32,000 bases of DNA from Acaryochloris thomasi RCC1774 (GCF_003231495.1 NZ_PQWO01000011.1:120001-152000); one strand, 5' to 3'; counted from the first letter of the stretch, positions 17,049-25,444 are shown. Notes: a model not told the origin generated them from the sequence alone. Program-made: numbers and translations.

Positions 17049-19644
17049 TCGCTCTCTCGGAGACTCACCCCCTGACTATCGCTACCAAGTTGGGGGCAGC
17101 CTGCCCGTCAATGCCCCTAGCTACGTTACCCGAGCCAGCGATTTCACCTTCTATGAGCAGTTGCAGAAGGGAGAATTTTGCTACGTCCTCAATTCTCGCC
17201 AGATGGGTAAATCCAGCTTGCGAGTTCAAACGATGCAGAAGCTGCGAGAGGAAGGTGTTGTTTGTGCCGCGATCGACCTCACAGGGTTTGGGACCCAGGG
17301 CATCACACCCGAAAAATGGTACGGCGGTTTTATCAAAGCCCTGGTGAGCGACTGTCAGTTAGAGCTGAACTGGCGAACCTGGTGGAAACAGCAGGATCCA
17401 GCTACCCCGGTCCAGCGATTGCATACGTTTATTGATGAGGTTCTACTACAGGATATTCAGCAAAACGTTGTCATTTTTATTGATGAAATTGACCAGATTC
17501 TGAGCCAAGATGTCTCTGCCGATGATTTTCTATCACTGATTCGGTTTTTCTACAATCAGCGTGTGGATCGGCCCGCCTATCAACGGATCACCTTTGCGCT
17601 GCTGGGTGTGGCAACGCCTTCGGCTCTGATGCAGGATCACGAGCGGACGCCCTTCAATATTGGCAAAGCTATCTATCTGGAAGGCTTTCAGTTCCAGGAG
17701 GCGATGCCGCTTGCCGATGGTCTTCGCGGTAAAGTTCAAGATCCAGATCAGGTGCTGCAAAATATTTTGGACTGGACCGGAGGACAGCCCTTCCTGACGC
17801 AAAAGCTCTGTCAACAGATGGAGGCAGCCGTTAAAGTTAATCCTGACATCACGGTGGACCAGGTCGTCCAAACACAGATCCTTGATAACTGGGAATCTCA
17901 AGATGAACCCGTGCATCTGAGAACGATTTGCGATCGCATCCTCTTCAACAAACGCAAATCGGTCCAGCTTTTGGGCCTTTATCAAAGGGTATATGGCGGA
18001 AACGTCTCAACGAAAAGCAGCCCTGAGCAAATCGAGCTGCGGCTCTCAGGCCTCGTTAAAGACCACGACGGAATCCTTCAAGTTTATAACCGCATCTATC
18101 ATCAAATCTTTAACCAACAATGGATCCAGAAAACGCTCCTTGAACTCCGCCCCTACGCAGCGGCCTTTGATGTTTGGGAGCAATCCCAAGCTCGACCAGA
18201 CAAGCTCCTGGAGGGTAGGGCATTAAAACAAGCCCTCAACTGGGCCGTCGGCAAAAGCCTCAGCGATCGCGACTATGACTTTATCCGGCTCAGCCAGGTC
18301 AAAGCAGAACGGGAAAAACTGCAGCGCAATATCCTGATTCGCAACGTGCTGGCGGTTGTTGGATTGGGCGGCTTATTGATCGGCAGCATCCTTTGGGGAA
18401 GCGATCGCTGGCAGGTCGATCAGAACCAGCAAACCCTCTCGAAAATGAGGAGCCTGCATGAGCAAGTGGACCAGGCTAAAAGACAGAACCGTCAAGCCGA
18501 TGCCCTTTCCCTTGCTCTTCAATCCGGGAAAAAACTCAGTAACTTAGTCCAAGACCAACCGCTCACGACCTACCCCACAACGACACCGCTGCTGGATCTG
18601 CAGCAGCTTCTCAGCGATGAACGTCAGCCTAAACCTCCCACAGAAAACACGCGCTGGAATTTACAGGATCTCGAAGAAGAAGCGATCTGGGACTTAGATA
18701 TTAGCCCCGACGGAAACAGTATTGCCGTCTCCGGCTGGGGCAATACGGTCAGAGTGTTGCAGACGGATCTTCAAAAGCAACTGACCCACAAAGATTCAGA
18801 AATGGTGATCAGCACAGACTTCGATCCTCAAGGTGATCACATTGCAACGGCCTCTTTGAACGGTAACGTCACGCTTTGGTCTCTCTTCGGGCAGTCACTC
18901 CAATACTGGAATACAGAGCAAGAGGCCATTTGGAGCACTCGCTTTAGCCCCAGCGGACAAGTTCTCGCCACCGCTGGCTGGGATGGCACCGTTCGCCTCT
19001 GGGATCTGAAGGGCAGACAGCGCTTTCAGACCTCAAAAAAGCACAAAGGCCCCGTCAAAGACATTCGCTTTAGCCCTGATGGGGAATGGCTTGCCACCGC
19101 GGGAGAAGACGGCATCATTCGACTGTGGAAAGTCTGTTTAAGCCCCCAATGCCCGACAACTGACGGTTCTCAAACGCTGGGTCTCTACAAAAAATGGGAA
19201 GGACATCAAGGCTGGATTTGGAGCCTCGATATCAGTCCCGACAGCAAAGTGCTGGCTTCTGCTGGAGAAGACGGTCTGATTCGATTCTGGAATATCGACG
19301 TCCCTAACACCCCACCGAAACGATGGCGATACGGACAGGGCCGAATCACTCAAGTTCGCTTCAGCTCCGATGGACAGTGGTTAGCGATCAGTGGCTGGGA
19401 TGGGAGGGTGCAGATTCGCGATCGCAACGGCAGACTCTTTACCCAATGGCAGAGCAACCGCCCCGTCACCAGCCTCAGCTTCACCCCAGATCAGCAGACA
19501 ATCTTAGCTGGAACAATCATGGGGGACGTTCATCAATGGCCCGTCAGAAATCTGGAGCAGTTACTAAACGAAGGGTGTGAGCAGCTTCAAAGACTCGATC
19601 CACACCAGGCCACGAAGACTTGTTTAGAACAGGACTACCCTTAG
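17035..19644 (+). CDS. AAA_35/STAND-like P-loop NTPase + hydrophobic helix + 7-bladed WD40 beta-propeller
   Basis: GTG is at 17032 and ATG at 17035. The start overlaps the upstream gene, whose stop is at 17046-17048. The N-terminus YQVGGSLPVNAPSYVTRASD is followed by Walker A SRQMGKSS (17194-17217) and canonical Walker B VVIFIDEID (D-E at 17482-17487). It has TPFNIG and GGQPFL motifs. A hydrophobic segment NILIRNVLAVVGLGGLLIGSILWG lies at 18328-18399. Seven WD40-like blades follow (for example ATAGWDGTVRLWD, ATAGEDGIIRLWK, ASAGEDGLIRFWN) from about 18660 to 19580. Confidence 0.8.
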   Translation: MPSRSRSLGDSPPDYRYQVGGSLPVNAPSYVTRASDFTFYEQLQKGEFCYVLNSRQMGKSSLRVQTMQKLREEGVVCAAIDLTGFGTQGITPEKWYGGFIKALVSDCQLELNWRTWWKQQDPATPVQRLHTFIDEVLLQDIQQNVVIFIDEIDQILSQDVSADDFLSLIRFFYNQRVDRPAYQRITFALLGVATPSALMQDHERTPFNIGKAIYLEGFQFQEAMPLADGLRGKVQDPDQVLQNILDWTGGQPFLTQKLCQQMEAAVKVNPDITVDQVVQTQILDNWESQDEPVHLRTICDRILFNKRKSVQLLGLYQRVYGGNVSTKSSPEQIELRLSGLVKDHDGILQVYNRIYHQIFNQQWIQKTLLELRPYAAAFDVWEQSQARPDKLLEGRALKQALNWAVGKSLSDRDYDFIRLSQVKAEREKLQRNILIRNVLAVVGLGGLLIGSILWGSDRWQVDQNQQTLSKMRSLHEQVDQAKRQNRQADALSLALQSGKKLSNLVQDQPLTTYPTTTPLLDLQQLLSDERQPKPPTENTRWNLQDLEEEAIWDLDISPDGNSIAVSGWGNTVRVLQTDLQKQLTHKDSEMVISTDFDPQGDHIATASLNGNVTLWSLFGQSLQYWNTEQEAIWSTRFSPSGQVLATAGWDGTVRLWDLKGRQRFQTSKKHKGPVKDIRFSPDGEWLATAGEDGIIRLWKVCLSPQCPTTDGSQTLGLYKKWEGHQGWIWSLDISPDSKVLASAGEDGLIRFWNIDVPNTPPKRWRYGQGRITQVRFSSDGQWLAISGWDGRVQIRDRNGRLFTQWQSNRPVTSLSFTPDQQTILAGTIMGDVHQWPVRNLEQLLNEGCEQLQRLDPHQATKTCLEQDYP

Positions 19645-19676
19645 AATGGATCACCATAGAGTTAGCACCTATTGGC

Positions 19677-22600
19677 ATGAAGATCCTACACGGCACCTGG
19701 ATTCCAGACGCAGAGGTCGCTTTTGTCCAACACGGAGCCTTTTACCTATGGATCGAAACAACAGACCCACCGACTCAAAAGTCTAAACAAGCGAACAGCC
19801 ATCCACTGCAGTTGCCTGCAGCATCCTTTGCAGACTTTCTAAACCATGAGTTGGGCATCAAGATCCTTGATAGAGATCTAGAGAAGGCTATTGTTCAACG
19901 CTATTTCTTATTGCCGAGTACTTCTAAGGCCCCTCTCCCTTCCCTAGAACTCTCTCGCTACCTAGAACAAGACAGTTCTGAAACCTTTGAGTGGCAAACT
20001 TGGCAGGTCAACTGCTACACCGTCACGACCTACGACAAATCTGGGTCTCCCGTCAGCAATGTGATCAGGCTGCTCAATGAACTGCATTTTATTGCCCTCC
20101 ATAATCTTGCAGAGATTCAGCTCGGGGCCGATCTCCTGTTTTGGTATCACTATACCCAAGCCTTCAAGACCGTCATCCTGAAAGACCAATACATTCCAGC
20201 CCTGAAATATCAACAGGCCAATGCCTCGCCCAGCCGCAAAGAGAGGAGAACCAGGCGATCTAAAAGTACCAAAGCCTCTCAGCCAGAGCAGCAGACCATT
20301 GAACTCTACCCTGCCTGGGAAATTGTCAGCGAACAGTACGAGTCCACCATTGAACGATATTTAGATTCTATGCCCTTGGTCTGCGTCGCGGGTTTTGCGA
20401 CCCCTCCCGAGGCGCAGCAGTTCTATGACCGTGAAACAATACTGCGGCACTGTTCAGAATATCTGCTTCAGGACATTGTTACGCATACGCCCTCTGCCGC
20501 CAGCTTCGAGAAAAAAATTGCGGATACCCTCATCCATGACTGCATGTTCGCTGACCGCCACGGCAAGAACCATAACTGGGAGACCTATGAGCAGTGGCGA
20601 GGATGGCGCGATCGCATCCAACATACCCAAACCGCGATTCCCTTTAATCTTTGTTTTCAGCTTCAAGATCCTGCCAAAGCAGAAGACGCTTGGGAGTTAC
20701 AGTTTCTTGTCGCCCCCAAATCAGATCCCTCCAGACAGATCTCTCTGTTGGACTATTGGCGATTGAAACCTGAGCGCCAGGAAGATCTGCTCAAGCATGT
20801 CGGCGAGGGCTTTGAGCAACATCTGCTGCTCAATCTAGGTTATGCCGCTCGTATTTACCCCAAACTATGGCAGGGGTTAGAAACAGATCAGCCCACCCAT
20901 ATTTCTCTCTCTCTAGATATAGCCCTGGATTTTCTACAGGAAGCAGCCTGGGTGCTTGAAGCTGCTGGGTATAAGGTGATTGTGCCTGCTTGGTGGACGC
21001 CCCAAGGTAGGCAAAGAGCCAAGGTCAAGCTACGGGCCAAAGGCAAATCACTGTCCTCAGGTGAAGACAAAGCTAACAGCTATTTCTCCATTGAGAAACT
21101 GGTGCAGTACAAGTATGAGCTAGCGATTGGTGGCAAAAAAGTTTCTGAGCAGGAATGGTCAGAGCTGGTGCAGGCAAAATTTCCGTTAGTCCAGTTCCGA
21201 GGTCAGTGGCTCCATCTAGACCAGGACAAAATGCAGCAGATGCTGGAGTTCTGGAAAACACGGCAGGCCGAGAATCCCGAAATGTCGCTCCTAGAAATTA
21301 TGCGACTAGGGGCAGACGGAGGTGACGATCTCGAACTTGACTTTAACCGTGACCAAAGCTTGGCTGAGATGATGGCTAAGCTCCACGATAAGAGTCAACT
21401 GGACACCATCGCCGATCCCGAGCAGCTTCAAGGCACGCTGAGAGACTACCAAAAGCGAGGAGTGTCCTGGCTTCATTACCTTGAGCAGTTGGGTCTCAAT
21501 GGCTGCTTGGCTGATGACATGGGTCTAGGCAAAACCGTCCAGGTCATTGCCCGACTGGTCCAAGAGCGGGAACTGGCAGCACAGGAGAATCTCAAGGTAC
21601 CGCCAACGCTATTAATTGCACCCACCTCTGTTGTGGGGAACTGGCGACGGGAGATGCAGAAATTTGCGCCTCACCTAACGGCAATTGTCCATCATGGGGG
21701 CGAACGTGCCCAGGACAGCAAAGACTTTAAGGCAATGGTCCGCCAGAACGATCTGGTGATCACCTCTTTTACCCTGGCTCGCAAAGACAGCAAATTGCTC
21801 TCAGCGATTACGTGGCAGCGGGTGGTCTTAGACGAAGCCCAAAACATCAAAAACCCCAAGGCCGCGCAAACCAAAGCCATCTTGAAACTAAACGCCCAGC
21901 ATCGTCTTGCACTGACGGGAACCCCCGTAGAAAATCGACTCTTGGATCTGTGGTCAATTTTCAACTTCCTTAATCCGGGTTATCTAGGTAAACAGGCCCA
22001 GTTCCGCAAAAGCTTTGAAGTGCCGATTCAGAAACAAAATGACCGGGTTCAATCTGCTACTCTCAAAAAATTGGTGGAACCCTTCATTCTGCGCCGCATG
22101 AAGACAGACAAATCAATCATCAAGGATCTACCCGATAAGGTCGAGCAAAAGCTCTACTGTAATCTCACAAAAGAGCAAGCCTCTCTCTATGAAGCCGTTG
22201 TCAAAGAAGTCGCAGGAGAACTTGATGAGCTAGACGGCATTCAGCGAAAAGGCATGATCCTCTCCACGCTGATGAAGCTCAAGCAAATCTGTAACCATCC
22301 GCGTCAGTTTCTTCAGGATGAAAGTGACTTCATTCCCGAGCGATCGCATAAGCTCGGTCGGCTGACAGAGATGATCACTGAGGCCATTGATGAAGGAGAA
22401 AGTCTACTCGTCTTTACCCAGTTCACTGAGCTGGGGGATGCGCTGCAAAAATATATTAGTAAGACTCAACACTACAAGACCTACTACATCCACGGTGGAA
22501 CCAGCCGCAATAAGCGCGAACAGATGATCTCAGAATTCCAAGACCCAGAAACGGAACCCTCGGTGTTTATCCTTTCCCTTAAAGCAGGCGGCGTCGGCAT

Positions 22601-22886
22601 CACCCTCACAAAAGCCAACCACGTCTTCCACTTTGACCGCTGGTGGAACCCTGCCGTCGAGGATCAAGCCACCGATCGCGCCTTCCGCATTGGGCAAAAA
22701 AAGAATGTCTTCGTTCACAAGTTTGTGGCGATGGGGACTTTGGAAGAACGCATCGACGAAATGATTGAAGATAAAAAGAGATTAGCGGGTTCCATTGTCG
22801 GATCTGATGAGTCTTGGCTAACGGAGCTAGATAACGAAGCATTTAAGAAATTGATTGCCCTCAACAAAACCGCCATTTTGGAGTGA
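19677..22886 (+). CDS. SNF2-family DNA-dependent ATPase/translocase (bacterial YwqA/HelZ-like, with SNF2-associated N-terminal region)
   Basis: The ORF-track start at 19620 is TTG and overlaps the upstream gene. The ATG at 19677 gives MKILHGTWIPD, a typical N-terminus of this family. Helicase motifs are LADDMGLGKT (I), LDEAQNIKN (II), ALTGTPVEN (III) and ATDRAFRIGQKKNV (VI). The upstream region FLQEAAWVLEAAGYKVIVPAWW is typical of the bacterial SNF2-associated domain. Confidence 0.92.
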   Translation: MKILHGTWIPDAEVAFVQHGAFYLWIETTDPPTQKSKQANSHPLQLPAASFADFLNHELGIKILDRDLEKAIVQRYFLLPSTSKAPLPSLELSRYLEQDSSETFEWQTWQVNCYTVTTYDKSGSPVSNVIRLLNELHFIALHNLAEIQLGADLLFWYHYTQAFKTVILKDQYIPALKYQQANASPSRKERRTRRSKSTKASQPEQQTIELYPAWEIVSEQYESTIERYLDSMPLVCVAGFATPPEAQQFYDRETILRHCSEYLLQDIVTHTPSAASFEKKIADTLIHDCMFADRHGKNHNWETYEQWRGWRDRIQHTQTAIPFNLCFQLQDPAKAEDAWELQFLVAPKSDPSRQISLLDYWRLKPERQEDLLKHVGEGFEQHLLLNLGYAARIYPKLWQGLETDQPTHISLSLDIALDFLQEAAWVLEAAGYKVIVPAWWTPQGRQRAKVKLRAKGKSLSSGEDKANSYFSIEKLVQYKYELAIGGKKVSEQEWSELVQAKFPLVQFRGQWLHLDQDKMQQMLEFWKTRQAENPEMSLLEIMRLGADGGDDLELDFNRDQSLAEMMAKLHDKSQLDTIADPEQLQGTLRDYQKRGVSWLHYLEQLGLNGCLADDMGLGKTVQVIARLVQERELAAQENLKVPPTLLIAPTSVVGNWRREMQKFAPHLTAIVHHGGERAQDSKDFKAMVRQNDLVITSFTLARKDSKLLSAITWQRVVLDEAQNIKNPKAAQTKAILKLNAQHRLALTGTPVENRLLDLWSIFNFLNPGYLGKQAQFRKSFEVPIQKQNDRVQSATLKKLVEPFILRRMKTDKSIIKDLPDKVEQKLYCNLTKEQASLYEAVVKEVAGELDELDGIQRKGMILSTLMKLKQICNHPRQFLQDESDFIPERSHKLGRLTEMITEAIDEGESLLVFTQFTELGDALQKYISKTQHYKTYYIHGGTSRNKREQMISEFQDPETEPSVFILSLKAGGVGITLTKANHVFHFDRWWNPAVEDQATDRAFRIGQKKNVFVHKFVAMGTLEERIDEMIEDKKRLAGSIVGSDESWLTELDNEAFKKLIALNKTAILE

Positions 22887-22891
22887 TCGTC

Positions 22892-23728
22892 ATGGCTCAA
22901 TTTAGTCGCACTTGGTGGGGACAGCGGTTCATCGCAGCCCTAGAGAGATTAGTCGATCCCGGTCGTCTCAGTCGTGGTCGCTCCTATGCACGGGGGGGCA
23001 AGGTTAAAAGTTTCAGGATTAAGAAGGGTTTGGTCACGGCTGAAGTTCGCGGCTCTGTTAATCCCTATTTCGGAGTCTATAAGGAACCGCTCTACATCAC
23101 CACTATTGAATTCCAGTCGATTAGTAAAGCAAACTGGGCGGCAGCGATTGCCTATGTGGCCTCTAAAGCTAGCTTACTTTCGCGCCTAATGCTCAACGAA
23201 ATTCCTGACAACATTGACGATGCATTTGCCAAGCTAGATTTGCATCTGCTGCCAGACAGTGAATCAGATTTCACCACCACCTGCTCATGCCCAGACTGGA
23301 GCAATCCCTGCAAGCATATTGCTGGGGTTCATTACTTAATTGCCAAAGAGCTAGATAATGATCCGTTTTTGTTGTTTGAGCTGAGGGGACTCTCTAGGGA
23401 TAACCTTAAAGCTGAGCTAGAGAAATCGCCACTGGGGCAGGCGCTCTCAGCCGAACTGGCGGCGCAGCAATCGACATCCGAACCCGACCCGACCTATTTC
23501 ACGCAGCCTAAAACACAAACAATAGAGACCCCAGACCTCAAGGAATTTTGGCAGGGGACCAAACGGTTACCCCAGACGCTTGAGCCATTGCCACCGGCCA
23601 CAGTGCCTGCAGTCTTGATCAAAAAGCAGGGAGACTATCCGGCCTTTTGGCCCAAGGACGGATCTTTTATTGCGGTGATGGAAGAACTCTATGAGCGAGT
23701 TAGAAATAAAAATTCAGGACTTCTCTGA
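22892..23728 (+). CDS. SWIM zinc-finger protein (partner of the SNF2 ATPase)
   Basis: The ATG at 22892 (MAQFSRTWWGQRFI) lies 5 nt after the SNF2 stop. An alternative GTG at 22883 overlaps that stop. The SWIM signature CxC-x6-CxH is CSCPDWSNPCKH (23282-23317). The N-terminal WWGQRF...RGRSYARGGKV is typical of stand-alone bacterial SWIM proteins encoded beside SNF2 genes. Confidence 0.87.
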   Translation: MAQFSRTWWGQRFIAALERLVDPGRLSRGRSYARGGKVKSFRIKKGLVTAEVRGSVNPYFGVYKEPLYITTIEFQSISKANWAAAIAYVASKASLLSRLMLNEIPDNIDDAFAKLDLHLLPDSESDFTTTCSCPDWSNPCKHIAGVHYLIAKELDNDPFLLFELRGLSRDNLKAELEKSPLGQALSAELAAQQSTSEPDPTYFTQPKTQTIETPDLKEFWQGTKRLPQTLEPLPPATVPAVLIKKQGDYPAFWPKDGSFIAVMEELYERVRNKNSGLL

Positions 23729-23760
23729 GTTCAGGGGGGGATGCCTTCTTCGTGAATCCG

Positions 23761-24783
23761 TCATCGATATTGCCCTACCTGTTGCTGAATAAGAGCAACA
23801 TTATTGCGGTCGACAAAGCTAGGCCCAGTCGAGATGATAGGGCTAGGGGGACTAAACGCATGGCGCTGAATCCAGGTCAGCCACTGGACCGCCAAATAAC
23901 CTTCTAGATAGGGCTGCTGATCAATCGCAAATAGCGTTGTCCCCTGTTCAATTTTGTTGAGAATAGTGCGACTCAGATCGAATGTCCCATGGCTAAAGGC
24001 CCCCTTTCGATCTGGAATGACCTGATAAAAAGGTACGGCTGCTTCTGGCCCCAGAGTCAAAAAAAGATTGGTCTCAGGATTCTCATCCATATAGCGCTGC
24101 AAAATCTTTTTAGATTCGGCTGGATTCGGCGTGATTTTGACCATCTCCGCCTCCACACCAGCTTCACTCAATGCTTCAAAGAAACCCTGGCAGCGAGCCT
24201 CAAGATTTAAGGCACCGGGCTGATGATTAATACAGGCTCCCTTGGTTGCAGCCTCAGATTTCGCCAGCAACCGTTTCCCAGCCTCATATCCGCCCTGTCG
24301 TTCATCAGCTCCAATGTAAGCCCGATAAGGAATGTTGTCCTGCTCTGGTCCTGAACCTGCGTTGTAGGCAATTACAGGGATATCAAATTCCATCACTGCC
24401 TTTGTTAGTGACGCTCTGAATTTGTCTGGATCGATCACAGCGACACCAATAGCGTCTGGCTTCGTGGGGGCATTGACCGCTGACTCTATTAGCCGCGTCA
24501 CTTCATCTGGATCAAACGTATTGGGGCGGCGAATCGTCACCTCAACGCCTAAATCCTGGGCGGCATCATGGATTCCAGTTTCAACAACACACCAAAAGTA
24601 AGCCCAGGGACAGGAAGCGTGCTGAATTAACGTCAAATTCAGATTGTTAGCTCCAGACTGCTCCAGGCTCTGATTTGCGACAGGCGCTATTGCAGAGGGT
24701 CGGATCTGTGGCCGACAGGCAACCATCACAAACACCAACAGACAGATCACCATCGCTTGGCGCACAAATTTGACTCTCACCAT
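23761..24783 (-). CDS. Periplasmic sugar-binding-type (PBP1/LacI-like fold) substrate-binding lipoprotein, orphan
   Basis: 340-aa ORF. The N-terminal signal has a lipobox-like VMVAC. The body resembles ribose/monosaccharide-type ABC substrate-binding proteins (GVAVIDPDKF..., IPVIAYNAG..., YIGADERQGGYEAGKRL). No permease or ATPase gene lies adjacent. Confidence 0.72.
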   Translation of the reverse strand: MVRVKFVRQAMVICLLVFVMVACRPQIRPSAIAPVANQSLEQSGANNLNLTLIQHASCPWAYFWCVVETGIHDAAQDLGVEVTIRRPNTFDPDEVTRLIESAVNAPTKPDAIGVAVIDPDKFRASLTKAVMEFDIPVIAYNAGSGPEQDNIPYRAYIGADERQGGYEAGKRLLAKSEAATKGACINHQPGALNLEARCQGFFEALSEAGVEAEMVKITPNPAESKKILQRYMDENPETNLFLTLGPEAAVPFYQVIPDRKGAFSHGTFDLSRTILNKIEQGTTLFAIDQQPYLEGYLAVQWLTWIQRHAFSPPSPIISTGPSFVDRNNVALIQQQVGQYR

Positions 24784-25026
24784 AATTTATTCAGAAAAAT
24801 AAATTTAAATATAGTGCGATTATACCGCGCTAAAAATTGCAACCTGAATAATCCTGAATATATTTCATTTAACTACTGAAAAGCAGAACAAATCCTATTG
24901 TCGACAAGAGATATTTTATTGATAATCAGAACATGAATTAAACGAGATAGGCCTACTGATTGTTTTTTTGTCAAAAAGGAATCAGAAATACAAAGACAAA
25001 GCCTGAGGCTTTAAAGGATCTGAGTA

Positions 25027-25377
25027 ATGAACAATTTAAAACTGGAGCGAAACTGGCCTCAGGCGATCGTGGCTTGCTTAACTGTTATGCCACTTGTCGC
25101 TTATCCAATCTTTCAACATGCGACGCAAGATGATGTCACTTTTACCATTGATAAGGCAGAGCGAGTTCTAGACGGAAGATCCTCTCGGTATTTGATCTTC
25201 ACGAAAGATGAAACTTTTGAGAATACAGACTCTATCGCATTCTTTAAATTTGACTCCTCTGATATTTATGGTCGCATAGATGAGGGTAAAACCTATAGAG
25301 CAAAAGTCTCGGGAGCAAGGATGCCGCTGTTCTCTTCGTACCGAAATATTATCGAAATTCAGGAGAAATCAAAATAA
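25027..25377 (+). CDS. Small membrane-anchored protein, DUF1523-like
   Basis: 116-aa ORF with ATG at 25027. The N-terminal hydrophobic anchor is WPQAIVACLTVMPLVAYPIF. The core YLIFTKDETFENTDSIAFFKFDSSDIYG...KVSGARMPLFSSYRNIIEI resembles the DUF1523 consensus as I recall it (...FRNEDT...YFKFDSADLQA...YGWR.P.LS.FPN). The gene is AT-rich. Confidence 0.5.
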   Translation: MNNLKLERNWPQAIVACLTVMPLVAYPIFQHATQDDVTFTIDKAERVLDGRSSRYLIFTKDETFENTDSIAFFKFDSSDIYGRIDEGKTYRAKVSGARMPLFSSYRNIIEIQEKSK

Positions 25378-25444
25378 TTCACTATTGTTTTGTCGAAGAG
25401 CAGTTATCAGAAATTTTGCGGTTATAGAAGGTGGAATAGAAGAC

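Noticed and set aside
17533-17985. 150-aa minus-strand ORF nested inside the NTPase-WD40 gene
   Set aside because: It lies entirely antisense to a region with clear NTPase motifs in the plus frame. It has no recognisable motifs, and its Arg/His/Leu-rich composition is typical of a spurious antisense frame.
20395-20766. 123-aa plus-strand ORF in an alternative frame inside the SNF2 gene (possible frameshift or overlapping gene)
   Set aside because: The main SNF2 frame is continuous and family-typical through this region. The alternative frame is Arg/Ser/Pro-rich with no motif.
25280-25444. Upstream extension of the PspA-like ORF, overlapping the preceding gene by 98 nt
   Set aside because: The extension is Arg/Cys-rich low-quality sequence. 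The internal ATG at 25445 has an SD-like GAAGGTGGA upstream and begins the coherent helical protein.
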